Part shown: positions 18,573-27,607 of the stretch, piece by piece
Layout: every line of letters begins with the position of its first letter
How positions within the stretch are numbered: position 1 is the first letter of the stretch
Source: Athalassotoga sp.
Lineage (GTDB): Bacteria; Thermotogota; Thermotogae; Mesoaciditogales; Mesoaciditogaceae
Direction of reading: 5' to 3'
Assembly (NCBI RefSeq): GCF_049965695.1
Contig: NZ_JBMFWB010000004.1
Location: forward strand, 13,649-77,648
Length of the DNA stretch: 64,000 bases
The notes under the pieces: generated by a model
The model's input: only the letters and a program-made list of their open reading frames with translations
What the model was told of the DNA's origin: nothing
Databases searched by the model: none
Translations under genes and position numbers: made by a program

Positions 18573-20429
18573 ATGGAGCATAAATGGTTTTTTGTGACAG
18601 GTGTACTGGTTTTATTTTCAATTATGGCTTTGGCTGCCGTTCCGAACCCTGACACAGTTGTCTACGAGCAAGAAAGAGCGGCAGAAACTCTCGATCCTGC
18701 TATGGTCATTGATACAGCCTCTGGCGAGGTGCTCGACAACATATATCAGACGCTTATTACCTTTGACGGTACGTTTTTGACACGATATGTCCCCGTGCTT
18801 TCGACAAATGTGCCTTCTGTCAAAGATGGTACAATCCTCGATAACGGCATGACCTACGTTTTTCACATAAAGAAGGGGGTCCATTTTCAAAATGGAGATC
18901 TGCTTACACCTCAGGATGTGGTTTATTCATTTGAAAGATTTGTTGTGACGGGCATGGCTGGAGGCAATTCATATGTATTGACTGAGCCTCTACTTCCGGA
19001 GATAAACGGAAATTATGTCGACAACATCTCAAAGTGGGCGGTAAAACTTGCAGGAGTGAAATCATGGAATGATTTATTTGCCACCGGTACGATCACACCA
19101 AAGAATGAGGCATACAAAAAAGCCCTTGTAGAGACTTTTGATCTTTTATCCAAATGTTTTGAGATAAAAGGCGATGATGTCATAATACACCTTGCCCATC
19201 CATTTTCATCCGATCTTTTCTTCAGTTATCTTGAAGAAATAGATATTTTGGATGAAAAATGGGCTTCGAATAACGGAGCATGGCCCGGAACGGCAGATAC
19301 GTGGTGGAATTATTACAATCCAGAGCGTCAGGCAGATCCGCTTTATTCCATAACAAACGGTACAGGGCCGTTTGAATTGCAATCATGGACTCAGGGAAGA
19401 GAAGTGGTTTTAAAACGTTTTGATGGCTACTGGGGAGAGCCGGCGAAGATAAAATACGCCGTGATAAAAACAGTTTCTGAATTTACCACAAGAAAACTCG
19501 ATCTGATGCGCGGAGACGCGGACATAATTTCTGTTCCGCCGGCCTACATTACACAGGTTGAAAATATTCCGGGAGTGAAAGTTTCCGAAAACATACCCGA
19601 ACTTGCCCAGTATCAACTGTCATTTGCATTCAGTGTCAGTCCGCACAACAAATACATTTATTCCGGCAAATTGGATGGCAATGGAATTCCGCCCGATTTC
19701 TTTTCGAACTTAGATGTAAGAAAGGGCTTCGAATATCTATTCCCGCACCAAACGTATGTAAAGGATGTCTGGAATGGACTTGGAATAGTGCCTAACAGTC
19801 CGATATGTACAGGTCTTATAGGATACGATCCCGATCTTCCCGCGTACCATCAGGATCTGGCAAAGGCTGCCGAATATTTCAAGAAAGCCTACAACGGAGA
19901 GGTGTGGAAGAAAGGATTTAAATTCGCCATAATCTACAATTCCACAGATCCGACAATGCAAGAAGCATGTGAGATGTTAAGCACGTATGCCCAGCAGATA
20001 AATCCCAAATTTGACGTTGTACCTGTGCCCGTGTTATGGCAGACACTCGTCGGAGAATTTCTCGGCAATGACCTTCCAATGGTAGCACTTGATTGGTTTG
20101 CAAATACTTCTTACGATCGCGTGTATGGATATTTGGATTCATCCGGAGTTTATGGAGAAGCGCTTGGACAAAATTTCAGTGCTTTTGAAAAAGATGAATT
20201 CGATCCCCTTATAAACGCTGCAGTTGCGGCGACATCTGACAGTGTTGCGGAGAAACTTTACAAAGAGATAAGCCTAAAAGCATACGAAGATGCCATCATG
20301 ATATGGTTGATTCAACCATCACGTCAGTTAGTTTACAGAGACTGGCTGCATGGCCTTTATCCAACAAATTACAACCCGAGTTACTCTAAAGATCTTCATT
20401 TTTACGGTTTGTACAAATCTGGTAATTAG
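18573..20429 (+). CDS. Family-5 ABC substrate-binding protein, paralog 2
   Basis: Signal peptide, TLDPA, FHIKKGVHFQNG..LTPQDVVYSFER, NGTGPF; clear paralog of 14189-16048. Confidence 0.92.
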   Translation: MEHKWFFVTGVLVLFSIMALAAVPNPDTVVYEQERAAETLDPAMVIDTASGEVLDNIYQTLITFDGTFLTRYVPVLSTNVPSVKDGTILDNGMTYVFHIKKGVHFQNGDLLTPQDVVYSFERFVVTGMAGGNSYVLTEPLLPEINGNYVDNISKWAVKLAGVKSWNDLFATGTITPKNEAYKKALVETFDLLSKCFEIKGDDVIIHLAHPFSSDLFFSYLEEIDILDEKWASNNGAWPGTADTWWNYYNPERQADPLYSITNGTGPFELQSWTQGREVVLKRFDGYWGEPAKIKYAVIKTVSEFTTRKLDLMRGDADIISVPPAYITQVENIPGVKVSENIPELAQYQLSFAFSVSPHNKYIYSGKLDGNGIPPDFFSNLDVRKGFEYLFPHQTYVKDVWNGLGIVPNSPICTGLIGYDPDLPAYHQDLAKAAEYFKKAYNGEVWKKGFKFAIIYNSTDPTMQEACEMLSTYAQQINPKFDVVPVPVLWQTLVGEFLGNDLPMVALDWFANTSYDRVYGYLDSSGVYGEALGQNFSAFEKDEFDPLINAAVAATSDSVAEKLYKEISLKAYEDAIMIWLIQPSRQLVYRDWLHGLYPTNYNPSYSKDLHFYGLYKSGN

Positions 20430-20459
20430 TGAGAAGTTTTGCATGGGGAGGTGATTTTC

Positions 20460-22143
20460 TTGGCAGATCAAAAAGATAGCGAGATAAGACCGGCAGAGGC
20501 TATAGCAAAAGAATCAGATAAAAAACTCAAAAAAGCTTTAAGTCTTCAGGATTTATTTTTTCTTTCAATGGGAGGAATAATAGGTTCTGGATGGCTGTTA
20601 GGAGTTGCGGGTGCTGCCGGTACGGCAGGACCTGCATCAATACTGTCATGGATAATAGGAGGGGTCATAGTTTTATTCATAGCCCTGACCTTTGCAGAAA
20701 TTTCAGGTGCGATTCCAAAAAGTGGTGCCATTGTGAGGTATCCTCATCTGGCCTATGGTGGTTACACGGGATACATAATAGGATGGGCTTACATGTTGAG
20801 TGCCGTAACGGTACCAACTGTTGAGGCTGAAGCGGAAATTCATCATTCCAACGCTTACATTTATCTTTCTGCTTTTCATGTTCAATAAATCAAATTTGGT
20901 CTCTCACGGAGGATTTTTCCCGTTAGGAGTTGGCAGTATGTTTTACGCGATTCCATCCGCAGGAATAGTCTTTTCTTACCTTGGATTCAGGCAAGCGCTT
21001 GAATTTGGTGGAGAAGCGAAAAATCCTCAAAGGGATGTTCCAAGAGCGACTGTGTATTCCGTGCTGGCTGCGATAGCACTTTACACACTTTTGCAGGTTG
21101 CTTTTTTGGGAGCGATAAAATGGCCTGCCGGCACAACATGGTCTACATTGACCTCGTCTTCTTTGGGATCCGCACCATTTTTCACAGAATTGCAATACAG
21201 CGGAATAGCGCTATTCATAGCATTTTCTTATTTTTTGCTTATTGATGCCTGGATTTCCCCCAGCGGGACTGGCTGGATATACTCCGGCAATTCTGCAAGG
21301 GTGTTGTATGGCATAGCGGCAGATGGGTATTTTCCATCTGCGTTGCTTAAAATTCATAGTAAAACAAGGATACCCTATATTGCACTGATAGCAAGTCTTG
21401 TACTTGGAGTGGTCTTCTTTTTGCCATTTCCGTCGTGGTATCTTTTTGTGGGCTTTATATCCAGTGCCACAGTGCTAACGTACGTAATGGGACCACTGGC
21501 ACTGATGACATTTAGAAAACACGCTCCCCAACTTCACAGACCATTCCATTTGCCTTACGCATCTGTAATAGCCCCTATTGCTTTTGTTGGAGGAGCCCTT
21601 ATCGTTTACTGGTCTGGAATAACAACCTTTACGATGATCTTTTACACAACATTTATAGGAATTCCAATATTTTATTTTCTTTACGCCTCTAAGAAATTAA
21701 ATCTTTCAAAACTTTTCGCTTACACAATGGGACTAATAGAATTAGTCATAGCGATAGTTGCTTTGGTGGCCAATTACATGTACGTACTTTACCCGTCTTC
21801 TAAAGAATCGATGGGGACAAGGACAGAAATATTTCTTTCGAGTTTGACCGTGATGGCCGGTATTGTACTTTTATTCACGGCGATAACATCGTTAAAAGTT
21901 TCTCAAAAAGATAAACAGATGTTTTTAAGTTCCTATTGGTTGCTTTCTTTGATGATAGTGACTGAACTATTTTCGTATTTCGGGGCATTTGGAAATGAAG
22001 TTTTAATTCCATTTCCATGGGATACGATTGTGATGATCGCCGTCTATTCTGTGATATATGTTTTTGCACTTAGAGGTGGACACAACACAGAAGATCTCAG
22101 TGTTATAGTAGAAGAACAAAAAGACTTTAATCTCAACAAATGA
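20460..22143 (+). pseudogene. APC family amino-acid permease, broken by an internal deletion/frameshift near 20835
   Basis: 5' part SMGGIIGSGWL...AGPAS...FAE...PKSGAIVRY...VEAEA jumps frame to KFIIPTLT...FSYLGFRQALEFGGEAKNPQRDVP; the segment normally between these is missing. Confidence 0.8.
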
Positions 22144-22259
22144 CAAATAGTAAATGACAGGTAACACGTAATCTGTGATCGAAAAAAATACTGAACCAAC
22201 CTTAATCGAACATTGCTCCGACAGGTGATTTGCATGGCGCGTGGCTTTTGGCACGTAGA
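22139..22259. repeat. Intergenic repeat family copy C-left (heptamer run plus inverted TIR-like end)
   Basis: AATGACA/AATAGTA/AATGACA/GGTAACA run; reverse complement of 22188-22259 = CTACGTGCCAAAAGCCACGC...GGAGCAATGTTCGATTAAGGTTGGTTCAGTAT, matching copy B. Confidence 0.7.
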
Positions 22260-22262
22260 GTA

Positions 22263-22418
22263 TATATACCAAACTCATTTTAAAAGCCGAATAGTCATTT
22301 ACTGTGAGCGAATGGCAAGATACCTTCGAGATGGCCTCCGCAGCGGCGCGAGGACCAGACATCGAGCGAGGCATCTGCCAGAGCGGTGATTCGGAATTTG
22401 AAAATGACTTAGTATATA
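22263..22418. mobile_element. MITE-like element, about 155 bp, imperfect about 30-bp TIRs, TATAC...GTATA ends
   Basis: Left end TATATACCAAACTCATTTTAAAAGCCGAAT versus right end (reverse complement) TATATACTAAGTCATTTTCAAATTCCGAAT; flanked by TA runs; no coding capacity. Confidence 0.65.
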
Positions 22419-22432
22419 TGAAGGAGGCTAAA

Positions 22433-23587
22433 ATGAAATTACTTCTCAAAAACGCGACTGTTTTCTCAATTACATCCAAACCATTTAAAGGAGACGTGCT
22501 TGTCGAAAACTCTAAAATATACGAAGTCGGTGAGTTGATAAAAAAGGATGAAGACACCGAGGTTATAGATTTAGCCGGTAAATATCTTTTCCCAGGTTTC
22601 ATAGATGCCCATTCTCACATAGGGCTCAAAGAAGAAAGTGTTAACGATCCGGTTGGCTCAGATGTGAATGAAATGACAGATCCTATCACGGCCGATGTTA
22701 AAGCCATTGATGGATTTAATCCTGAAGATGACGCCATAGATAGAGCGCTTAGTGGAGGAGTCACAACAGTCATGATAGTGCCGGGAAGCGGGAATCCGGT
22801 CGGCGGTCAGGGAGCGATAATCAAATTCAAATCTAAAATTGTCGATGAGATGATAGTCAAGGAACCGGCAGGATTGAAGATGGCCTTCGGTGAAAATCCA
22901 AAAAGGGTTTACGGCGATCAGAAGAAAACCCCTTCGACACGTCTGGGAGTTGCAGCAGTTGTAAGGGCATATTTCACGAAAGTACAGGATTACATGAAAA
23001 AGAAGGAAATTGCCCAAAAAGACGGAAAACCTTTCACAGAAAGAGATCTGAAACTTGAAGCGGGAGAAAAAGTGCTTAAAGGAGAGATTCCGGCCAGAAT
23101 TCATGCCCATCGTTACGATGACATACTTACTGCCGCAAGAATAGCGGATGAATTTGGATTCAAATTCGTCATAGAACACGGGACAGAAGGATACAAAATC
23201 GTTGATTTGCTCAAAGCGAAAGAAATACCTGTCGTTGTAGGGCCTCTTATGACCTTCAGGACAAAGCGCGAACTGAAAGATATGACGATGGAGTCGATAA
23301 AGATTTTAAATGAAAAAGGTGTCCTGATCTCTTTGATGTGCGATCATCCCGTAGTTCCGCTTGAATATGCCTCGATCCAAGCGGCAAGCGCTTTGAGGTA
23401 CGGGGCAAGGGAAGAAGATTTGCTAAAGATGCTTACAATAAATCCAGCCAAAATACTTGGGATTTCAGACAGAACGGGATCTATCGAAAAGGGAAAAGAC
23501 GCGGATCTTGTTATATGGAGCGGTCATCCGTTCAATGCCAGATCAAAAGTTGAGAGTATATACATAGAGGGAATAAAGATTATGTGA
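22433..23587 (+). CDS. Amidohydrolase family protein
   Basis: AAGGAGG RBS before ATG 22433; PGFIDAHSHIG, KMAFGENPK, HAHR, EHG, DHP, GKDADLVIW. Confidence 0.92.
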   Translation: MKLLLKNATVFSITSKPFKGDVLVENSKIYEVGELIKKDEDTEVIDLAGKYLFPGFIDAHSHIGLKEESVNDPVGSDVNEMTDPITADVKAIDGFNPEDDAIDRALSGGVTTVMIVPGSGNPVGGQGAIIKFKSKIVDEMIVKEPAGLKMAFGENPKRVYGDQKKTPSTRLGVAAVVRAYFTKVQDYMKKKEIAQKDGKPFTERDLKLEAGEKVLKGEIPARIHAHRYDDILTAARIADEFGFKFVIEHGTEGYKIVDLLKAKEIPVVVGPLMTFRTKRELKDMTMESIKILNEKGVLISLMCDHPVVPLEYASIQAASALRYGAREEDLLKMLTINPAKILGISDRTGSIEKGKDADLVIWSGHPFNARSKVESIYIEGIKIM

Positions 23588-23676
23588 TTAAAATATAATT
23601 AAAATTTAATTTTATGAAAATCACATCTTAATGTTTATAGGTTAATATACTTTCAAAGTTGCAAAAGAGGTAGAAA

Positions 23677-23807
23677 ATGCGAATAATTTCGATTTTGGCA
23701 ATAACAAATGAAAGAAGACATCATAGAGTACTGCCCGGTGGAGCGGTGCCTTGATCGTCTTTGATATAGATTCCACCGGGCCACATTGAAAAGATGTGGC
23801 CTTTTTT
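23677..23807 (+). promoter_or_regulatory. Candidate leader-peptide attenuator (uORF MRIISILAITNERRHHRVLPGGAVP, antiterminator, intrinsic terminator)
   Basis: AGAGGT RBS, ATG 23677 to TGA 23754; GCCCGGTGGA (23733-42) pairs with TCCACCGGGC (23772-81), which overlaps the GGCCACAT/ATGTGGCC-T6 terminator. Confidence 0.65.
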
Positions 23808-23833
23808 ATTTTAATTTGACGGGAGGTAAGAAG

Positions 23834-25708
23834 ATGAAGAAGTTTCTCGTGTTTGCAGCAATCATTGCGTTTTTCGTGATCATGGGAATAGCCCAGAATG
23901 TTGTGAATCCAGACACCATTGTTTACGAAGAACCGGGACCTTTTCAATCCTTAGATCCGGCCTGGGAGTATGACACCACATCTGCCGAGGTTATATGGCA
24001 ACTTTACGATTCCCTGCTTCAATATGACGGGACATCAACCGTGAAATTATCGCCAATGTTATCTACGAATGTTCCATCGGTTGCAGATGGAACGATTCTT
24101 GACAACGGTACGACTTACGTCTTTCACATCAGACAAGGTGTCTATTTTCACAACGGAGATCTTTTAACCCCGCAGGATGTCGTTTATTCTCTTGAAAGGT
24201 TGGTCCTTCTCGATTACAGCGGGGGGCCGTCATGGATGCTTGCAGAACCATTGCTACCGACGATAAATGGCAACTACGTTTTGACAATTGTACAGGAAGT
24301 TGCGAAAGAATTGGGACTTAGCAATCCTTTGAGTTACACAAGTTTGAGTTCTCTTGACATCTTTGCAACCGGTACGAAAGTCCCCCTCAATGATAAATAT
24401 AAGCAGGCCTTGATAGATGCCTTTAACCTGCTTGCAAGTGATTTTGAAATTAAAGGAAATGACGTGATAATTCATCTTCCCCAGCCATTCGAGCCTTTCT
24501 TGTACACGCTTGCAAAGGGCGGAATATGCGAATCGGTCATTCTTGATGAAAAATGGTGCGCAGAAAATAAGGCATGGAATGGAAAAGCAGATGACTGGTG
24601 GTATTACCATAATCCCACACTTAGCCAGGATACCCTTACAAATATAGAAAACGGAACAGGGCCGTATTTCATGAAATATTACATACCCAACAGAGAAATA
24701 GCCTTTCAAAGATTTGACAAATACTGGGCAGGCACTGCCCCTATAAAGTATGCAGTCATAAAGTATGTCAACGAATTCACGACAAGACTGCTCGATCTGG
24801 AATCTGGCCAGGCCGATGCGATTTACGTGCCTGTCGAAAACTTATCCGAGGTACAAAATGACAAAAACATAAAAGTTTCGGTCTATCCCCAACTTTCCGT
24901 TTATGAATTGAATTTCACGTGGAATCTTGCCAGTGATGGCAATCCTTACATTGGATCCGGAAAGTTAGATGGCAATGGAATCCCGCCCGATTTCTTTTCG
25001 AATTTGGATGTGAGAAAAGGATTTGAATATCTCTTTCCATATAGTACCTACATAAAAGAGGCGTACGATAATTTGGCGTTGCAACCAAATGGTGCGATAA
25101 TGAAGGGGTTATTCGGATACAGTTCGAATCTACCCAAATATTCTCAAGACCTTTCAAAGGCTGCGGAATATTTCAAAAAGGCATACAACGGAGAATTATG
25201 GGAGAAAGGATTTAAATTCTCTGCAATATACGAAAGCGGGGATACGACAGAGCAAATTGCCCTTACAGCGTTGAGCAATGCCGCAAGAGAGGTCAATCCC
25301 AAATTTCAGATAAACGTCGTCGGAGAATTATGGCCAAACCTTCTTAGCGACAGTTTGTCTTTCAAATTGCCGATCTTCACGATGGGATATCTGGCCGATT
25401 ATCCGGATCCTTACGATCTTGCTTATGCCTATTATTCTTCCACCGGTATATTTGGAGCATTCATAGGTCAAAGTTTTATCAGTTTTGCCCAAAAGAATCT
25501 CGATCCGCTTGTAAAAGATCTGCTTACCACATCCAATCTTTCAAAACGTGCAGAAATAGTCAAACAACTTGAGGAGTTAGACTACAAAGATGCACTCTAC
25601 ATCTGGACTGATCAGCCTTTCGGAATATTCGTAAGTCGTACATGGCTAAAAGGATGGTATCCGAATGGAATAAGACCGGGGATAGACTTTTATTCGCTGT
25701 CGAAATGA
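23834..25708 (+). CDS. Family-5 ABC substrate-binding protein, paralog 3
   Basis: GGGAGG RBS, signal peptide, QSLDPAW, FHIRQGVYFHNG, NGTGPY. Confidence 0.92.
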   Translation: MKKFLVFAAIIAFFVIMGIAQNVVNPDTIVYEEPGPFQSLDPAWEYDTTSAEVIWQLYDSLLQYDGTSTVKLSPMLSTNVPSVADGTILDNGTTYVFHIRQGVYFHNGDLLTPQDVVYSLERLVLLDYSGGPSWMLAEPLLPTINGNYVLTIVQEVAKELGLSNPLSYTSLSSLDIFATGTKVPLNDKYKQALIDAFNLLASDFEIKGNDVIIHLPQPFEPFLYTLAKGGICESVILDEKWCAENKAWNGKADDWWYYHNPTLSQDTLTNIENGTGPYFMKYYIPNREIAFQRFDKYWAGTAPIKYAVIKYVNEFTTRLLDLESGQADAIYVPVENLSEVQNDKNIKVSVYPQLSVYELNFTWNLASDGNPYIGSGKLDGNGIPPDFFSNLDVRKGFEYLFPYSTYIKEAYDNLALQPNGAIMKGLFGYSSNLPKYSQDLSKAAEYFKKAYNGELWEKGFKFSAIYESGDTTEQIALTALSNAAREVNPKFQINVVGELWPNLLSDSLSFKLPIFTMGYLADYPDPYDLAYAYYSSTGIFGAFIGQSFISFAQKNLDPLVKDLLTTSNLSKRAEIVKQLEELDYKDALYIWTDQPFGIFVSRTWLKGWYPNGIRPGIDFYSLSK

Positions 25709-25713
25709 AATTT

Positions 25714-25738
25714 AGAAGTGGGAATAATTCCCACTTCT
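25714..25738. terminator. Terminator-like hairpin between convergent genes
   Basis: AGAAGTGGGAA-TAA-TTCCCACTTCT. Confidence 0.7.
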
Positions 25739-25743
25739 TGATT

Positions 25744-26649
25744 TTATTTGTTTTCTGCCATTTTGATTATCTTGGATAGTCTCCTGTAAACGATGGATTT
25801 TGAAAGCGGAGGATTTAGCATATTTCCTATTTCTCTTAAGGAAAGTTCCGGATGATTTAAACGCAGAAGGGCTATTGTTTGGATATCTTCAGGGAAATTT
25901 TCGAGTCCTATTTGGTCTTGAATGAATTTTATCGCGCTGATTTGTTTCCAACTTGCGTTACCGCTTCTTTTTGAATTTGCATCTATGAAATTCATGCTGC
26001 GGGTTACATCGGAATTTATTTTTTTGGATGACATTATGGAAGAAAAGACCTTTGCCGAGTTTATGGCTCCTATCAGATTCAGAAATTCGTTTATCATTTC
26101 CCCATCTTTTATGTAAAATCTGTATCCATAACGAACATCAACTATAAAGCCTACCATTCCAAAGTTGTTTTCAAGTTTTTCTTTTAACCACTTAAGCACG
26201 TCTATTTGACGACTGTAAAATTCAAGGTGGTGATATTTGGAAGGATCGGCTATATATCCCGAGGATATGAAAGCACCTCTCAGAAAAGCACTGATAATTG
26301 CAGGATCTCTGAAAAAATCATCACGAATTCTACCTATCAAATCAAGTCCTATTTCAGAAATGAATTTTTTAACATCGTAAGTCATTACCTTCATTATAAA
26401 AGTTTTACCTGGATTTAATTTTTCTTGGTTTTGATAGATTACCGATGTATCATCAATGCCTATGGCCTTTAAAATCAACTTTGCCCTTCTGACCGCTCCG
26501 GTGTCTTTGAGTAAAAGTTCTATGTATGTAGTTTCACCTATCTCAATGGACCCTTTGAATTTGATCAATCCGGCAAGTTCAGCGTAAGAAAACCTTTTCT
26601 CAACGGGGAAATGGTAAAGTTCTTCTCTTACCTCAGGAGTGAATGCCAC
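25744..26649 (-). CDS. whiA: DNA-binding protein WhiA
   Basis: AFLRGAFISSGYIADPSKYHHLEF (LAGLIDADG-like), NFIDAN, LRLNHPELSLREIG...SKS.V..RL.KI; rapZ-yvcK-whiA order. Confidence 0.92.
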   Translation of the reverse strand: MAFTPEVREELYHFPVEKRFSYAELAGLIKFKGSIEIGETTYIELLLKDTGAVRRAKLILKAIGIDDTSVIYQNQEKLNPGKTFIMKVMTYDVKKFISEIGLDLIGRIRDDFFRDPAIISAFLRGAFISSGYIADPSKYHHLEFYSRQIDVLKWLKEKLENNFGMVGFIVDVRYGYRFYIKDGEMINEFLNLIGAINSAKVFSSIMSSKKINSDVTRSMNFIDANSKRSGNASWKQISAIKFIQDQIGLENFPEDIQTIALLRLNHPELSLREIGNMLNPPLSKSIVYRRLSKIIKMAENK

Positions 26650-27607
26650 TCTTATCACCGATAAGACCCATAGAGATTTGCCTAACCGCCTGTGCAAGTA
26701 AATGGGGATCGTGTCTGACTTTTTCTTGTCCGTCCATTTTGTCGACTATGATCTTAACCATATCTATCCTTGAAAATTTGGGATCTTCACTTTTGCACAT
26801 AACCGGTTCGGAATTTTCTTTCTCGTATCTTTTAAGTACCGCTTGAGGAATTTTTTGAGAATTTATTATCACGCGATCTATCTTTGATTTCAGGTAATTT
26901 TCAACCGTTTTTACGTGATCTTCAACTGACATACCGGTTGTTTCTCCGGGCTGGGTCATCAAATTGGCTATGAGTATCTTGGGTTTGTCCTTTACGGCTT
27001 CAGGTATTCCATCGACAAGCAAGTTTGGAATGATACTTGTGAAAAGACTTCCAGGCCCCAAAACGATCACATCGGACATCGAAATCTCATCTATGGCTTT
27101 TGAAAATGGTTTTGCCTGACTGCTTAGATTTATTTCTTTGATCTTTCCATTTTTTTTGGTTATATTGCTTTCGCCTACGACAATTTGCCCGTCTTCAAAT
27201 CTCGCGATGAGTTTTACAGATTCTTCAGTTACCGGCAGCACACGTCCCTTTATCGCCAAAATTGAAGAGATGCTTTCTATTGCCATCGGGAAACTGCCAT
27301 TTATCTTTGTTAGGGCTGCTATTATGAGGTTCCCGAGACTTTGATCTTTGAATCTTTCTCCGTCTCTAAATCTGTATGCCATAATTTGAGCCATCAAAGA
27401 TTCATCTTCGGCGAGTGCAATTATGTTATTTCTTATATCTCCCGGAGGTAAAACTCCAAGTTCTTCACGAATGATACCAGAACTTCCCCCGTCATCCATA
27501 ACCGTAACTATTGCGGTAACCTCGGTATCCGGAAAGTCTTTTAACCCTTTGAGCAAAGTTGAAAGTCCTGTTCCACCACCAAAAGCAACGATCTTCAAAA
27601 CGATCAC
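26633..27607 (-). CDS. yvcK: YvcK/GlmR family UDP-GlcNAc-binding protein
   Basis: GGGTGLSTLLKGLK, DDGGSSG, PPGDIRN, GPGSLFTSIIPNL, NLMTQPGET, RHDP. Confidence 0.93.
   Translation of the reverse strand: MIVLKIVAFGGGTGLSTLLKGLKDFPDTEVTAIVTVMDDGGSSGIIREELGVLPPGDIRNNIIALAEDESLMAQIMAYRFRDGERFKDQSLGNLIIAALTKINGSFPMAIESISSILAIKGRVLPVTEESVKLIARFEDGQIVVGESNITKKNGKIKEINLSSQAKPFSKAIDEISMSDVIVLGPGSLFTSIIPNLLVDGIPEAVKDKPKILIANLMTQPGETTGMSVEDHVKTVENYLKSKIDRVIINSQKIPQAVLKRYEKENSEPVMCKSEDPKFSRIDMVKIIVDKMDGQEKVRHDPHLLAQAVRQISMGLIGDKSGIHS

Noticed and set aside
22245-22265. TGGCACG as a sigma-54 -24 box
   Set aside because: No TTGC -12 element at the right spacing, and it is part of a repeat module.
22304-22432. 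43-aa N-terminal extension of the amidohydrolase in the ORF track
   Set aside because: It is read through the MITE-like element; a strong AAGGAGG RBS marks ATG 22433 as the start.
22003-22602. 199-aa minus-strand ORF and the many other antisense ORFs in the track
   Set aside because: They are shadows of well-supported genes on the opposite strand, with no motifs or RBS.
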